Under the pieces are notes generated by a model. It had not been told where the DNA came from and did no database searches. It saw only the letters and a program-made list of their open reading frames with translations. From positions 1 to 35,086 of the IMG/VR virus record IMGVR_UViG_3300009678_000106: a DNA stretch of 35,086 nt; one strand, given 5' to 3'. The translations under genes were made by a program, and so were the position numbers. This document shows, in pieces, positions 23,751 to 34,332 of this stretch (within the stretch, counting starts at the first letter, position 1; every line of letters begins with the position of its first letter). The DNA is from a virus. Its lineage: Duplodnaviria; Caudoviricetes.

Positions 23751-26379
23751 ATATTATTTCAATTTTCTTGGATTGCCGGAAATAGGCAAAATTGAAGTGT
23801 CGGAATTTTTCGGATTCGATGGCGCGAGTCATAAAGTAAGCCAGGACGAAGGGCGTTTTGGGCGCGATGTAATTATAGGAAATGAAGAAATAGAGCTGAC
23901 TGTAACACGTGGATACTTTGAAAAGATGTCGTCAATTCAGTCATTGCAAAACGGAATGAGATTTCAATACGCCTCACAAGGATTTGATTATTTAAGTGCT
24001 GAAATAACGAATAAAGGATGGGAATGTGAGGTAGAAGTTATTTTAGAGAAAGACGGTACTCAATTTGTAACAGGCATAGTCGATGGGTATACTGCTATTG
24101 TTTTGGAAGATGAAATAAAATTCAAAGTAATCCAAAATACAAAGCGCGAGGAAATTAAAAGACGTGAGGATATTTATGTAAATGCTTTTTCTGATAAGGA
24201 CTTGGACGGAAATACAATTGCGCCTTGCCAAACGACTAACATACTTTTAAAGGCAAAACCAATACAGCAAAATAGTAAATGGGTAAACAGTACAAACGTA
24301 AATACTAATTTCGTCTTTTACGGTCAGGATTTCGCATTTATTTCACCTGTTACAAACTTAGTCACATTTGGTATTGAAGATAGTTTTGTCCCTTTTGAGC
24401 AAGTTCAACAAACCGGATCATTTCCGCCTGAAAATGAATTACAGGAAATAAGAAACGAGCTTACTTATGTGCGTGCAAAATTTGAGTTAACAAACGCTGT
24501 AATAACCTTAAAAAATGTTAATTTATTAGTTAGTACTACCGGATTTAGTACAAATACAGTTTTAACAATTGGTTATGGAACAAATTACCAAACAGGACAG
24601 CACACAACACAAAATATATTTCAATCAACAAACCCTGTAATAAACGTAAATCAGGATTTTACTTTTACAATACCAAATTTACCCGCCGGAGGTTTTATTT
24701 ACGCTTATGTTGCAATTGGTTCTGCTTATTCAACGCCGGGCGGTACTCCGGTCAGTAGTTCAACGGTTCAATTCAGTTGTGATGAAATGACAATTCAAAC
24801 AACGTCAACAGCGATTGACTCAGTTATAAAAGGAGTTAGGTTAATTGATTTAATGAAACACACTACTAAATCAGTAGGCAATGTTCCGTTAATTGCGCCG
24901 GATTACGACAACGGAGGCGAACACTACGATAATTTTACATTCAATGGGTATTTACTTAGTCAGATAATAGATAAGCCGTTTAATAATAAGTTTTCCGATA
25001 TTGTTGATATTCCTAAAGAAATTTGCGGTGATTATCAAATTAACCCGACTAATGTAGAAATAAAAACATTTGATAAGTTTTATGATAATGTTGAAATAGG
25101 CGCATTTTTGGAATTACCTGATGAAAATAATAATTCAATATTCAATAAAAGATTTTTCTTAAAAGAGTATTGGATGGGTTACTCCAAAAGCTCAGAGGCA
25201 CGTGAAAACAACGGAGAAAATACTATTGACGATATTCATACAGACAGTCAATGGATGTTTGACAGCAAAAAGACAGACGGTAATTTGCGAATTCAATTAA
25301 AGCATATCAGGTCAGCTTATTTAATTGAAGAGCAACGCAAAAGGGCTACACAGGTTTCGGAAAAATCCACATCGTTGCAAAATGATGAGAGTCTTTTTCT
25401 TTTGGATTGCGTACGACTTGCGCCGGGTTCAAGAAATGAATTTACAGCAGTTTTAACGTATAGAACTATAAACAGCACTCAAATTGAACTTCTTTCAAAC
25501 GGTACTTTTAACTGGACTTTACTTGGCTTTAATGTAGGCGCAACAATTACTTTAATTTCAGGAGGTGATACGCATAATTACACCGTTGCTGTTTTAAAGG
25601 ATTTCGTTATAACATTAACAACTAACGAATACACGCCTACCGGAAGCGGAACAGGTTCTTTTACGGTTAATTATCCATTATCTAATGTAACATATACAAA
25701 TAGAGGCGACGAAGGGTTTACAAGCGTTACAGGTGTATTTTTGCCTACTAAATATTCAAACCTTAATTACTCAATAAAAAGAAATATTCAAAGATGGTTT
25801 CCGTATTTGGCAACAGCCGGAAAATACATTCCGAACCGGTTAATTAAAAATACTTTGTTTAGGATTAACGGAGAATTAAGAAGTCAAAAAGTAGGCGAAA
25901 TTATCGAGGTTGTGGACCGCGAAAACATTTCAATTAACGATATTGCAGAACAAAAGATTTTAAACCCGATAATTCACAAAGTAACTGTTTACTCTGAATT
26001 TGATACTGCTACACAATTATTTGAAGACGTACAGAATTTAAAAGGATTTGTTCGGGTTCAATTAAATACAAATGATTTAATTTCAGGTTATCCAAAAGAA
26101 TTAGATTATGAATGGAGTACTAACAAATTGACTTTAACTTTAGAAGAGAAATTTGTTTCTGATTTTGTAGAAATAACCGGATCAGCCGGAACAATTACTT
26201 TAAACGGTATAAATTATACAGGCGTATCGTATAAGATAAACAATAATTTTGTAAGTTTGTATGATAGCAATGATATTTTAATAAATAAAATTGTTAGATT
26301 TGAGCAAATAAGCATAAACGGAGTTAATTATACGAATAGCACATTATTTTCAGATGCATTAACTCAAATATTAACGTAG
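23740..26379 (+). CDS. Tail tip / baseplate hub protein
   Basis: 879 aa beta-rich protein following TMP. Confidence 0.65.
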   Translation: MTFKYYFNFLGLPEIGKIEVSEFFGFDGASHKVSQDEGRFGRDVIIGNEEIELTVTRGYFEKMSSIQSLQNGMRFQYASQGFDYLSAEITNKGWECEVEVILEKDGTQFVTGIVDGYTAIVLEDEIKFKVIQNTKREEIKRREDIYVNAFSDKDLDGNTIAPCQTTNILLKAKPIQQNSKWVNSTNVNTNFVFYGQDFAFISPVTNLVTFGIEDSFVPFEQVQQTGSFPPENELQEIRNELTYVRAKFELTNAVITLKNVNLLVSTTGFSTNTVLTIGYGTNYQTGQHTTQNIFQSTNPVINVNQDFTFTIPNLPAGGFIYAYVAIGSAYSTPGGTPVSSSTVQFSCDEMTIQTTSTAIDSVIKGVRLIDLMKHTTKSVGNVPLIAPDYDNGGEHYDNFTFNGYLLSQIIDKPFNNKFSDIVDIPKEICGDYQINPTNVEIKTFDKFYDNVEIGAFLELPDENNNSIFNKRFFLKEYWMGYSKSSEARENNGENTIDDIHTDSQWMFDSKKTDGNLRIQLKHIRSAYLIEEQRKRATQVSEKSTSLQNDESLFLLDCVRLAPGSRNEFTAVLTYRTINSTQIELLSNGTFNWTLLGFNVGATITLISGGDTHNYTVAVLKDFVITLTTNEYTPTGSGTGSFTVNYPLSNVTYTNRGDEGFTSVTGVFLPTKYSNLNYSIKRNIQRWFPYLATAGKYIPNRLIKNTLFRINGELRSQKVGEIIEVVDRENISINDIAEQKILNPIIHKVTVYSEFDTATQLFEDVQNLKGFVRVQLNTNDLISGYPKELDYEWSTNKLTLTLEEKFVSDFVEITGSAGTITLNGINYTGVSYKINNNFVSLYDSNDILINKIVRFEQISINGVNYTNSTLFSDALTQILT

Positions 26380-26395
26380 TGATTACGTCGATACT

Positions 26396-27544
26396 ATGAA
26401 CGATTACTCTTTTATACGCTTAGAGCCGAACTTCCTAAAAGCGAAGTCTGAAAGTTTGCCGTCATTGGCGAAAATTGGATATTTCGATCAGATACAGTTA
26501 CACCCAACCGAAACTTATTTACAGATAACAAACACAAAAGAAGGCATTGCTTTTGATGGCAATTACTCTGTTTTTGTTGTTGACTGTATCGGAACGGAAT
26601 TGTTAGATATTACTAGCAAAGTAGCAATTTCTGAATTTACAGATTCAAACGGACTTCCTCAGATTGCTTTCGAGATTGCAAATATAAATCAGGACTTTTA
26701 TTATCGTTCTGTCTTTTTAAAATTCGTTCATACTGTTTCGGACTATGTTTGGTATTCAAACCAGATATTAATTTCATCGTATAAGATTGAAGAAACAAGC
26801 CGATTTGATTACAGAGATTTCACGACTTTCTATTTAAGTGCGGATTATTTTCAAAGTATAAGATTACGTTGTAATTTCGAGTTAAACGATTCGGAAAGCA
26901 CAAGTTCGCAATACACGTCTATAAACGGTACAAAAGTTACTTCAAGACTAATTGAAACGGAGTTTGAAAAGTACAGATTTCAAAAGATTGATAACTTCAC
27001 TTATAGACGTTTAAATAAATTACTTTCTCAATCTGTTATTTACGTAAATGGCAACCGAGTTACAGATAAGCAAACAATTTCATCAACTGAAAGAAAAGGC
27101 GATACGAATGTTTTTGATATTGATTTTAAAGTAGCTATTAATTACGCTGATACTTTTACTTCTGAATTACAAATATTCGAACCGTTAACTTTAGTTGATT
27201 TTGCGCCGGATGGATTTTATACGTTGGCTTCTTTCCCGTTGACTATTGACGGACAATTTAACAGAGATGTAACGCTTATTAATGGCGGTTATGTTACAAT
27301 TATTAATATTGATACAGATACGGTTATAGGCACTTTTGATACAACAGAAATAACCGTTACAGGCAATTCTTTCTCAATAGATACATCTTTCCTTTTCTGG
27401 GCAAATGGCAATTATAAAATCACTTTATCGGATAATTTATTTTTAAGTGAGTTTAACGAAATATTCAACGCTTTTGAGTGGGATTTCTCAATTGCTACAT
27501 CTGATTATGCAGTAGCAGATTATTCAACAGATTATTTTTCATAA
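26396..27544 (+). CDS. Tail structural protein with C-terminal Ig-like domain
   Basis: FAPDG...FNRDV...ITVTGNSFSID...YKITL Ig-like pattern. Confidence 0.6.
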   Translation: MNDYSFIRLEPNFLKAKSESLPSLAKIGYFDQIQLHPTETYLQITNTKEGIAFDGNYSVFVVDCIGTELLDITSKVAISEFTDSNGLPQIAFEIANINQDFYYRSVFLKFVHTVSDYVWYSNQILISSYKIEETSRFDYRDFTTFYLSADYFQSIRLRCNFELNDSESTSSQYTSINGTKVTSRLIETEFEKYRFQKIDNFTYRRLNKLLSQSVIYVNGNRVTDKQTISSTERKGDTNVFDIDFKVAINYADTFTSELQIFEPLTLVDFAPDGFYTLASFPLTIDGQFNRDVTLINGGYVTIINIDTDTVIGTFDTTEITVTGNSFSIDTSFLFWANGNYKITLSDNLFLSEFNEIFNAFEWDFSIATSDYAVADYSTDYFS

Positions 27545-27547
27545 GAT

Positions 27548-28018
27548 ATGAGTACAAAAAACACAATACAGGCGTTGTCAGATGCAAATTTAGCAAGCGC
27601 ATCGAATATAACAGCAGCAGAGCACCGAGCGGTTAATGATTCATTTATAGATGAATTTTACGGAGTTGCACCAATTCAAGAAACGCAAGCATCAAATGTC
27701 ATAACAGACGTTTCAGGTGATGGCAATTTTTATTCTGTTTACTTTTCAAAACAAGGGAATAGGGTTAAAATAACAGGCGTTTTAATTAATAAACAGACAG
27801 TTATTACAAGTACGACATCTTTTTTTGAGATTATCGACGCTGAATATTTACCTAACACGTCATCTTTAATTAATTCACGTATTTACGGTAATAACTCAAT
27901 AAATCATACACCTATTAAATTATCAATCGGAGTTGATAATGTTTTGAGAATTAGCGGTTCATCTTTAGGCGTAGGGCAAAATATAAACATTGATTTTGAA
28001 TACTTAACACAAGATTAA
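27548..28018 (+). CDS. Minor tail/structural protein
   Basis: Beta-rich; SKQGNRVKITG pattern; position. Confidence 0.55.
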   Translation: MSTKNTIQALSDANLASASNITAAEHRAVNDSFIDEFYGVAPIQETQASNVITDVSGDGNFYSVYFSKQGNRVKITGVLINKQTVITSTTSFFEIIDAEYLPNTSSLINSRIYGNNSINHTPIKLSIGVDNVLRISGSSLGVGQNINIDFEYLTQD

Positions 28019-28020
28019 TT

Positions 28021-29763
28021 ATGGCATTTTTAGAACTAATAGAACAATGTACGTCCGAGTATAACGACAATTTACTCCCAACAATATCAACTTTTGAGGA
28101 TAATGTGACTATTAATCATAGTGGTGACGGCGCAGTAACTCAAGCTAGCACACGAAGTTTTGAAGGCAATAGAAGTATAGAAATGTTTACAAATGTCGAT
28201 CCGGTAAACGCTACATTCTGTAATTTTGATTTCGGCGATGCTTTAGAAACAACAGTAAATAGAACAGGGACTTACATTCTAAGTTTACGACTATTAAATG
28301 GGACAACATTCGCAACTGATTTTGATACTAAATTTAAAGTATATGTATATGTAAACACAGTACTTTTTACTTCTTTAGATATTGATATTTTAACACTTTC
28401 ACCTGACAATAAAGACATTTGGCGTACGTTTTCGCAAGTTATTAATTTAACGTCCGGCGACGTTATTAATTATACTTTTGAATTTGATACAAACCCACAA
28501 CCGGAGATAAATCCAAATGCGTATTTATACATGGATGGGTTAAAATTAGAATTTGACAATAAATCACTTGGGTTACCTTCAATTTATACTTTACCAAATC
28601 AAAGACTTTTACCAGAGGCTTTTGTTTTTGTTACTGATAAATCAGATTTACCTACTCCGGTAGGTGGTGTTATATCGTTAAAAGCAGGAGTTATTTACAC
28701 GATTCTGAATGAGGTTGATTTATTAGGTGATAGAATTTTTATGGAAGATGGGTCAATTCTACGCGGTCTTTCATCGCATAACGCATTACTAAGAAGTACA
28801 GGGAAGGTGTCAGGGGCTTTACTTTCTTCTACCTCAGACGTTGATTTATCTAATATGTCTATTGCTGATGATAGCGAGGTATTTGATTTAAACGGGAATG
28901 GAACAACAGATAACTGTTTTTTAAATGGGCTTACAATATCAAATTGCGCTTCTTTAGGTAGTATTCAAAACTACGCCGCTATTTTAATGAATGAGAGTAC
29001 TTTTAACAATAATGGTACTTTAGATTTTGACGGAACAATCGGGACTATCGGGGCAAACACATCTTTATTTATTCCGGCTTCAGGAGCAACAGCAATAAAC
29101 GTGCTATCAACAGCTACAATTACACGACGAATAAGAATGTTATATTCTGGGTGGGTGATTAATGGCTCGGCAGTTGGTATTAATTTAAATGCCTCTGCTA
29201 CAATTGCAGATGAGTCTTATTTACTAGATTCAAACAGTTTTACAGGTACTTCTGTTAATTATTTATTAGGAGTTACACAAACTAGCAATAAAGCATTATT
29301 TGTGGCAAATAAAGGACTTGAAAACACTTTTGTAAACGGTCAGATGTATATGCAAAATAACGCAGTTGCTACGGTTATAGGCGCAACAAACACATGGACT
29401 AAGTTAGCCGGAGTTACAACTGCAAGTGCTGACAATGCAAAGTATTTACATTCTGATAATCGTTTGACCTGTGATGCAGTAATAGAACGTAAATACTTAA
29501 TTTCTTGCGCGAACCTAAATTATTCAGCAGGCAATAATAACGTTTGCAAATTTGGATTTTATGACAGTAAGTTAGGGGCGGTTCGTGTTCCTTCACAAAC
29601 AGAATCAACAACTTCAGGGGTTGGGGTTGCTGAGCAGGTAGCGTTTCAATGTGTTGTATCGCACTCACAAGGGGACTACATCGAAATTTGGGGACAAAAC
29701 AATACAGCAATTACAAATATTACAGCTAAAAATCTAAATGTTATCATAACACAAATCGGATAA
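28021..29763 (+). CDS. Tail spike/fibre (jelly-roll N-terminus, beta-helix-like middle)
   Basis: YMDGLKLE, VTDKSDLPTPVGGVISL, Asn/Thr/Gly-rich repeats. Confidence 0.6.
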   Translation: MAFLELIEQCTSEYNDNLLPTISTFEDNVTINHSGDGAVTQASTRSFEGNRSIEMFTNVDPVNATFCNFDFGDALETTVNRTGTYILSLRLLNGTTFATDFDTKFKVYVYVNTVLFTSLDIDILTLSPDNKDIWRTFSQVINLTSGDVINYTFEFDTNPQPEINPNAYLYMDGLKLEFDNKSLGLPSIYTLPNQRLLPEAFVFVTDKSDLPTPVGGVISLKAGVIYTILNEVDLLGDRIFMEDGSILRGLSSHNALLRSTGKVSGALLSSTSDVDLSNMSIADDSEVFDLNGNGTTDNCFLNGLTISNCASLGSIQNYAAILMNESTFNNNGTLDFDGTIGTIGANTSLFIPASGATAINVLSTATITRRIRMLYSGWVINGSAVGINLNASATIADESYLLDSNSFTGTSVNYLLGVTQTSNKALFVANKGLENTFVNGQMYMQNNAVATVIGATNTWTKLAGVTTASADNAKYLHSDNRLTCDAVIERKYLISCANLNYSAGNNNVCKFGFYDSKLGAVRVPSQTESTTSGVGVAEQVAFQCVVSHSQGDYIEIWGQNNTAITNITAKNLNVIITQIG

Positions 29764-29764
29764 T

Positions 29765-30676
29765 ATGGCAACATTACAAATAAAAAAGAAGTCTTTAAAC
29801 ACGTGGGAACATATCGATTCCGAGCTGGGAACTTTTATATTGTCTAAATTCTATTTTTCTGCTGATGGGACTAAATTTCAAGTAGTTGAACAAGGACAGG
29901 CAAAGAGAAGGATTTATGATATAACTGAGATAAGCGTTTTTGATATTGGCGGTTCGGCTGAAACATTTGCCACTATTACTGCTTTATCGTTAAGATTGGA
30001 AGAGTTAAAATATCCGGCTTATAACTTAGGCGGGGTATTTTCATTTGATCCGTCTAATTATGATTTGGATGATTTCAATAATAATAGTTTAGATCCTTAT
30101 GTTAGAGAATCAGAAATACCTGTAAGCGGAGTAATTACGACAGAGTATACATTATTATCATCTTCTTTAGCGACTCAAGACGTTTCAGGAATAACTACAT
30201 ACATAAATAGCAGGAATCCTGCTTTAGTAATAGAAGATAATGAAACTGCATATTTCAGGGTTACTGATACAGGTCAAATTTTTGAATTAAAATTACACGG
30301 TGTAACTGTTGGTATAGCCCAAACGCCTATATTAAGTTCTGACGTTTTGGATTTTGGTCAAGACACTCCTATAATAACAAAAAACATACAAACAGGAACT
30401 AGTTATACATTACTTTCTTCTGATAATGGCAAGAAAATAATAACTACAAATTCATCTGCAATCACAATTACAATACCAACATCGCTTCCTTCCGGGTTTA
30501 ATTGCGAGGTCTACCAAAGCGGAACAGGACAAATAACATTTGTGGCATCAGGGACAACACTGGTGATGAGTTCTTTTGAGGTGGCTACTACTCAAGAAAG
30601 GAGAGCGTTAGTAGGAATAGATAATACTGACGTAGCTAACGAATATCATTTGTACGGAATGTTAACAGCTATTTAA
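29765..30676 (+). CDS. Tail fibre-like protein
   Basis: C-terminal QTGTSYTLLSSDNGK...ITIP...QSGTGQITF module. Confidence 0.6.
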   Translation: MATLQIKKKSLNTWEHIDSELGTFILSKFYFSADGTKFQVVEQGQAKRRIYDITEISVFDIGGSAETFATITALSLRLEELKYPAYNLGGVFSFDPSNYDLDDFNNNSLDPYVRESEIPVSGVITTEYTLLSSSLATQDVSGITTYINSRNPALVIEDNETAYFRVTDTGQIFELKLHGVTVGIAQTPILSSDVLDFGQDTPIITKNIQTGTSYTLLSSDNGKKIITTNSSAITITIPTSLPSGFNCEVYQSGTGQITFVASGTTLVMSSFEVATTQERRALVGIDNTDVANEYHLYGMLTAI

Positions 30677-30677
30677 T

Positions 30678-33143
30678 ATGAAGTTAAAAAGAAAAGCAAG
30701 GATATTAGCAGCAGGAAAGTCACCGTCACTTATGGTGATGAAACGTACATATAATAGAGCAATATTAAACGGTGGAGTTACACAAGACTTCTCTGCTAAT
30801 GTGGAGAATATCCGTGAAATCAGTAGGGATTTAGGATATAATATTTTATCAGATGCTCCATTTGTTTACGTCCCTTCAAGCTACGGAGAAGGAAAGAATT
30901 TTGCACAGGTTCAGAATAAGAGGAATTTGTTGCAATGGAGTGAGGATTTTAGTAATGCGTTTTATATTAGGAATAATATGACGTTAACAGCTAATTCTAC
31001 AAATGCACCTAATGGAACGTTAACAGCAGATTCGTTTGTTGAAACAACTGCAAACGCCTCACATTATATATCTCTAACTACTACCGTTGGAATAGTAAGT
31101 TTGAGTACTACTTATACTTTGTCAGCATATGTAAAGTCAAATGGCAGACAATGGACAGTGCTTAATTTTTTTAACTCTATAGACAATGCTGCTTATTTTG
31201 ATATAATTAACGGAGTAGTAGGAACCGTATTCGGAGGAGGGGTTAGTGCGAAAATATCTAATGAAGGCAATGGCTGGTTTAGATGCTCAATAACTAAGCT
31301 AAGCACTACGTCGACTACAGCAAACGCCTATATTATGGCAGCTCTTGCGGATAACAGTAATACTAATTATGTGGGTGATATTACGAAAGGATTAGTTATT
31401 TATGGTTTTCAACTAGAAACAGGAGCATACGCAACACCCTACCAAAAAACAGTAGCCGCAGGAGATGGAATAGTTGACTTTAATTTCACAAGAGCAACAC
31501 GTTCAAGTGTTACGAATAAGTTGGGTATCATTGAGGATAGTTGTTATAATTTATTGCAGAGAAGTGAGGAATTTGATAATGCAATTTGGAATAAAACGCT
31601 AAGTACTGTACAAGTAAATCAAACATCAAATCCAATTAATAATTTAGTAGACGCTGATTTATTAAAACAAGATGGAATAGCCTCTACTTTTAGCAGAAGG
31701 GTATCAGCTATAGTATCTTTAAATGGCACTTATACCCTTAGTTGTTATGTGAAAAAGAAAGATTTAAATGGTATTTTTTTACAAATAGTAGATAATACTA
31801 CAACTTATGGGGCTTCTTTTAATACCATAACTGGCGCTTTCATATCAGGGAATATAAGCATTGGAGCAACTAATTCTGAAGTTTTATCAAATGGTTGGTT
31901 TAGATTTTCAATAACAGTAACAACAACAAATATAATTAGAATAGATATTGGATTACATGATGGAACTACAACAGTTTTAGATAATACAGATACTTTTGGT
32001 AACTATATATGGGGTGCACAACTAACACAAGGCTCAACACCAAGACCATACCTCAGAACAACTAATAGATTAAACGTTCCTAAGTTAGATTATAGTTTAA
32101 GTTTGAGTGAGCCGAGTTTATTGATTGAGCCACAGAGGACTAATTTGTTATTACAGAGTGACAATTTAGGAACAACACCGTGGGGGGGGAATGCCTCAAC
32201 CATAACTGCTAATACAAACTTAAATCCTTTCGGGACAAATAAAAGTTTTTATATTAACGAAGCTAACACTTCACTATCTACATCGTGGGTTCAGAATAAT
32301 TCTATCACATCAGGAACTATTTATACTGCATCATTCTATATTAAAAAAGCTGACGATTCTTGGTGTCAATTCACATTAGGTACGGCTGCTTTTGGGACAG
32401 ATACGTGGAAAAATTTCAACTTTGATACAGGATTATTTGGTAATGGAGGGGCTACAGGGATATGGAATGTAAAGCAAGTAACTAATGGATATTGGTTAAT
32501 TACTGTAACAGCCACAGCTATCGCAACAGTTACAGCAACATCAGTAGCAATAGCTGGGGTTAACAACATTGATTCAGCTACAAGATTGCCTGTTTATACA
32601 GGTTCAGTTAGAAAGTTTGCTGATATATCTGCAATACAATTAGAAGCAGGAGCAAACGCAACAACCTACATTCCAACAACTACAGCAACAGTAACAAGAA
32701 ACGCAGAAACGTCATACGTAGATTTGTTCAATAACTCTGTTTTAAATCAAAACAATTTCACTCTGTTTGTAGAGGGTTATTTATACGGTAATGCAACGAC
32801 TAATTTATCAGTAGGATTAAGTGATACAACAGCAACAGGAGCAAGAGCAAACGATATAGGTTTTTTTGACGGCATAAAAGCCACAAGAACGAGTTCATCG
32901 GTGACGACTTCAGACACGGTGAATTTAGCTGTAAACAACTATTATAAATTTGCTATTCAAAGGGATGGAACTTCTGTTAAATTCTTTAGAAATGGAGTGC
33001 AAGTTTGGACTACTCAAGTTGTTCCGGTTGTCAATTACAGGTATTTAGTAATAAATAACGGAGGAAGTACATTTACAGTAGATAAAGCATTTTTATTCAG
33101 CCGAACATTAACAGATTCGGAATGCATTGATATAACGTCCTAA
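30678..33143 (+). CDS. Fibre/receptor-binding protein with three tandem CBM-like domains
   Basis: Three NLL..SE.F...NGW.R.SIT...QLE.G..ATPY units and a C-terminal LamG-like tail. Confidence 0.7.
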   Translation: MKLKRKARILAAGKSPSLMVMKRTYNRAILNGGVTQDFSANVENIREISRDLGYNILSDAPFVYVPSSYGEGKNFAQVQNKRNLLQWSEDFSNAFYIRNNMTLTANSTNAPNGTLTADSFVETTANASHYISLTTTVGIVSLSTTYTLSAYVKSNGRQWTVLNFFNSIDNAAYFDIINGVVGTVFGGGVSAKISNEGNGWFRCSITKLSTTSTTANAYIMAALADNSNTNYVGDITKGLVIYGFQLETGAYATPYQKTVAAGDGIVDFNFTRATRSSVTNKLGIIEDSCYNLLQRSEEFDNAIWNKTLSTVQVNQTSNPINNLVDADLLKQDGIASTFSRRVSAIVSLNGTYTLSCYVKKKDLNGIFLQIVDNTTTYGASFNTITGAFISGNISIGATNSEVLSNGWFRFSITVTTTNIIRIDIGLHDGTTTVLDNTDTFGNYIWGAQLTQGSTPRPYLRTTNRLNVPKLDYSLSLSEPSLLIEPQRTNLLLQSDNLGTTPWGGNASTITANTNLNPFGTNKSFYINEANTSLSTSWVQNNSITSGTIYTASFYIKKADDSWCQFTLGTAAFGTDTWKNFNFDTGLFGNGGATGIWNVKQVTNGYWLITVTATAIATVTATSVAIAGVNNIDSATRLPVYTGSVRKFADISAIQLEAGANATTYIPTTTATVTRNAETSYVDLFNNSVLNQNNFTLFVEGYLYGNATTNLSVGLSDTTATGARANDIGFFDGIKATRTSSSVTTSDTVNLAVNNYYKFAIQRDGTSVKFFRNGVQVWTTQVVPVVNYRYLVINNGGSTFTVDKAFLFSRTLTDSECIDITS

Positions 33144-33162
33144 ATTTAATAAATAATAAAAA

Positions 33163-33408
33163 ATGAGAATTTACAAATTAAAATATAATACAACAGAGGA
33201 AGGGATAGCCGATTTATTAGATAAAGGCGTAGTTGGTGTTTCGTGGACTCCTCCAACAAATGCAGTAGTTGATTTAGGGGATGGGTGTTTTGATATAATG
33301 TCAGAGATAGAAGATTTAGTATTTGAAAGTGAAATATTTCCTGAAACACCTAACCATGAATTTTCAGGGCATCAAGAAACAGACCCCGAAGATATTATAG
33401 AGTCTTAA
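33163..33408 (+). CDS. Small acidic protein (possible fibre assembly chaperone)
   Basis: Follows the fibre gene; PETPNHEFSG. Confidence 0.6.
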   Translation: MRIYKLKYNTTEEGIADLLDKGVVGVSWTPPTNAVVDLGDGCFDIMSEIEDLVFESEIFPETPNHEFSGHQETDPEDIIES

Positions 33409-33525
33409 ACAATACAATAATATCACATTCTAATATTAGGCACATTTTAACAAGTGTGCCTATTGTTATATTATCGTGATTAAAGCGTTCTATTGAAACT
33501 GTACTTTTCTGAATAACAAAAAATT

Positions 33526-33551
33526 AAGCCCTGAAATACGGGCTTTTTTTT
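33526..33551 (+). terminator. Intrinsic terminator ending the tail operon
   Basis: AAGCCC-tgaaatac-GGGCTT plus long T-tract. Confidence 0.8.
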
Positions 33552-33596
33552 ATTCATATTAAATTTTTTGTATATTTGGTAGTAAAATATAACAAC

Positions 33597-33734
33597 ATGG
33601 ATTTTAAACAAATGATTTTAGGGCGTGAAGCTACTGAGGAAGAAGCAAAAGCAATCGAGGAAGCACAAATTATTTTAGACAGTTTAGAATTGTCTATAAT
33701 GGGCGTTTTTCCAAAACCAAGACCAAAGCAATAA
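33597..33734 (+). CDS. Small peptide (45 aa) ending in PKPRPKQ
   Basis: MDFKQMILGREATEEE...GVFPKPRPKQ; TAATG coupling to next gene. Confidence 0.6.
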   Translation: MDFKQMILGREATEEEAKAIEEAQIILDSLELSIMGVFPKPRPKQ

Positions 33735-34084
33735 TGAAAAATATCAGAAGCGAAATAAAAACCCATTCAGAAAGAATACCTTTCTTTATAGTATTGCTTT
33801 CTGCTATGTTTTATTTTTGTGCCGCTACTGAAATATATTTTTATTGGTTTAAATTAATACAGAACATTGGGGAAGTTTCTCTTTTGTTCTGTTTTTTTAT
33901 GTGGTTACATTCTGAAAAATGGGGGGTAATTGCGAAAAAAAGCATTAATACGTTAATGGCTTTAAATATTTTAAACATTGCAAATGAGTATTTTGAAATA
34001 AATAATTACTACTTTTACTACATAACCTTAATTTACTGTTATTTCATAACGGTAGTAATTTATTCCAAATGCAAAAATACATAG
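33734..34084 (+). CDS. Multi-pass (about 4 TM) membrane protein
   Basis: Four hydrophobic segments. Confidence 0.7.
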   Translation: MKNIRSEIKTHSERIPFFIVLLSAMFYFCAATEIYFYWFKLIQNIGEVSLLFCFFMWLHSEKWGVIAKKSINTLMALNILNIANEYFEINNYYFYYITLIYCYFITVVIYSKCKNT

Positions 34085-34332
34085 ACTTGTTTAAATTTAT
34101 AGTTAAATTAGGCAAGGAAAACAAATTATTCGTAGTTATGCTTTCTGTAATTTTATTTTTAGCTTATACAAATATCATAAATGAAAGAAATTATAAAAGA
34201 GACATTAACTATTGCAATAGGAGACGTGATATTGACAGGGATAATTTTCAGAAAGAAAATAAAGCGGTTTACAATATGCTTGTTAATAAATATGAAAAGT
34301 TATATAATGAAACAAAAGAGCTATCGAAATGA
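34069..34332 (+). CDS. Single-TM lysis-module protein (holin- or spanin-like)
   Basis: One TM then a charged helical tail; upstream of endolysin. Confidence 0.5.
   Translation: MQKYIDLFKFIVKLGKENKLFVVMLSVILFLAYTNIINERNYKRDINYCNRRRDIDRDNFQKENKAVYNMLVNKYEKLYNETKELSK

Noticed and set aside
30678-33408. Diversity-generating retroelement targeting the fibre gene
   Set aside because: No reverse transcriptase in the window and no near-identical TR/VR pair; repeats are old protein-level duplications
33431-33468. Hairpin TAATATTAGGCACATTT...AAGTGTGCCTATTGTTA as a sixth cassette site
   Set aside because: Lacks TAACG, the GCTTT/AAAAC box and the asymmetric spacer; isolated; more likely an RNA stem
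1572-33766. All minus-strand ORFs in the track
   Set aside because: Short and antisense to well-supported + strand genes, with no recognisable motifs
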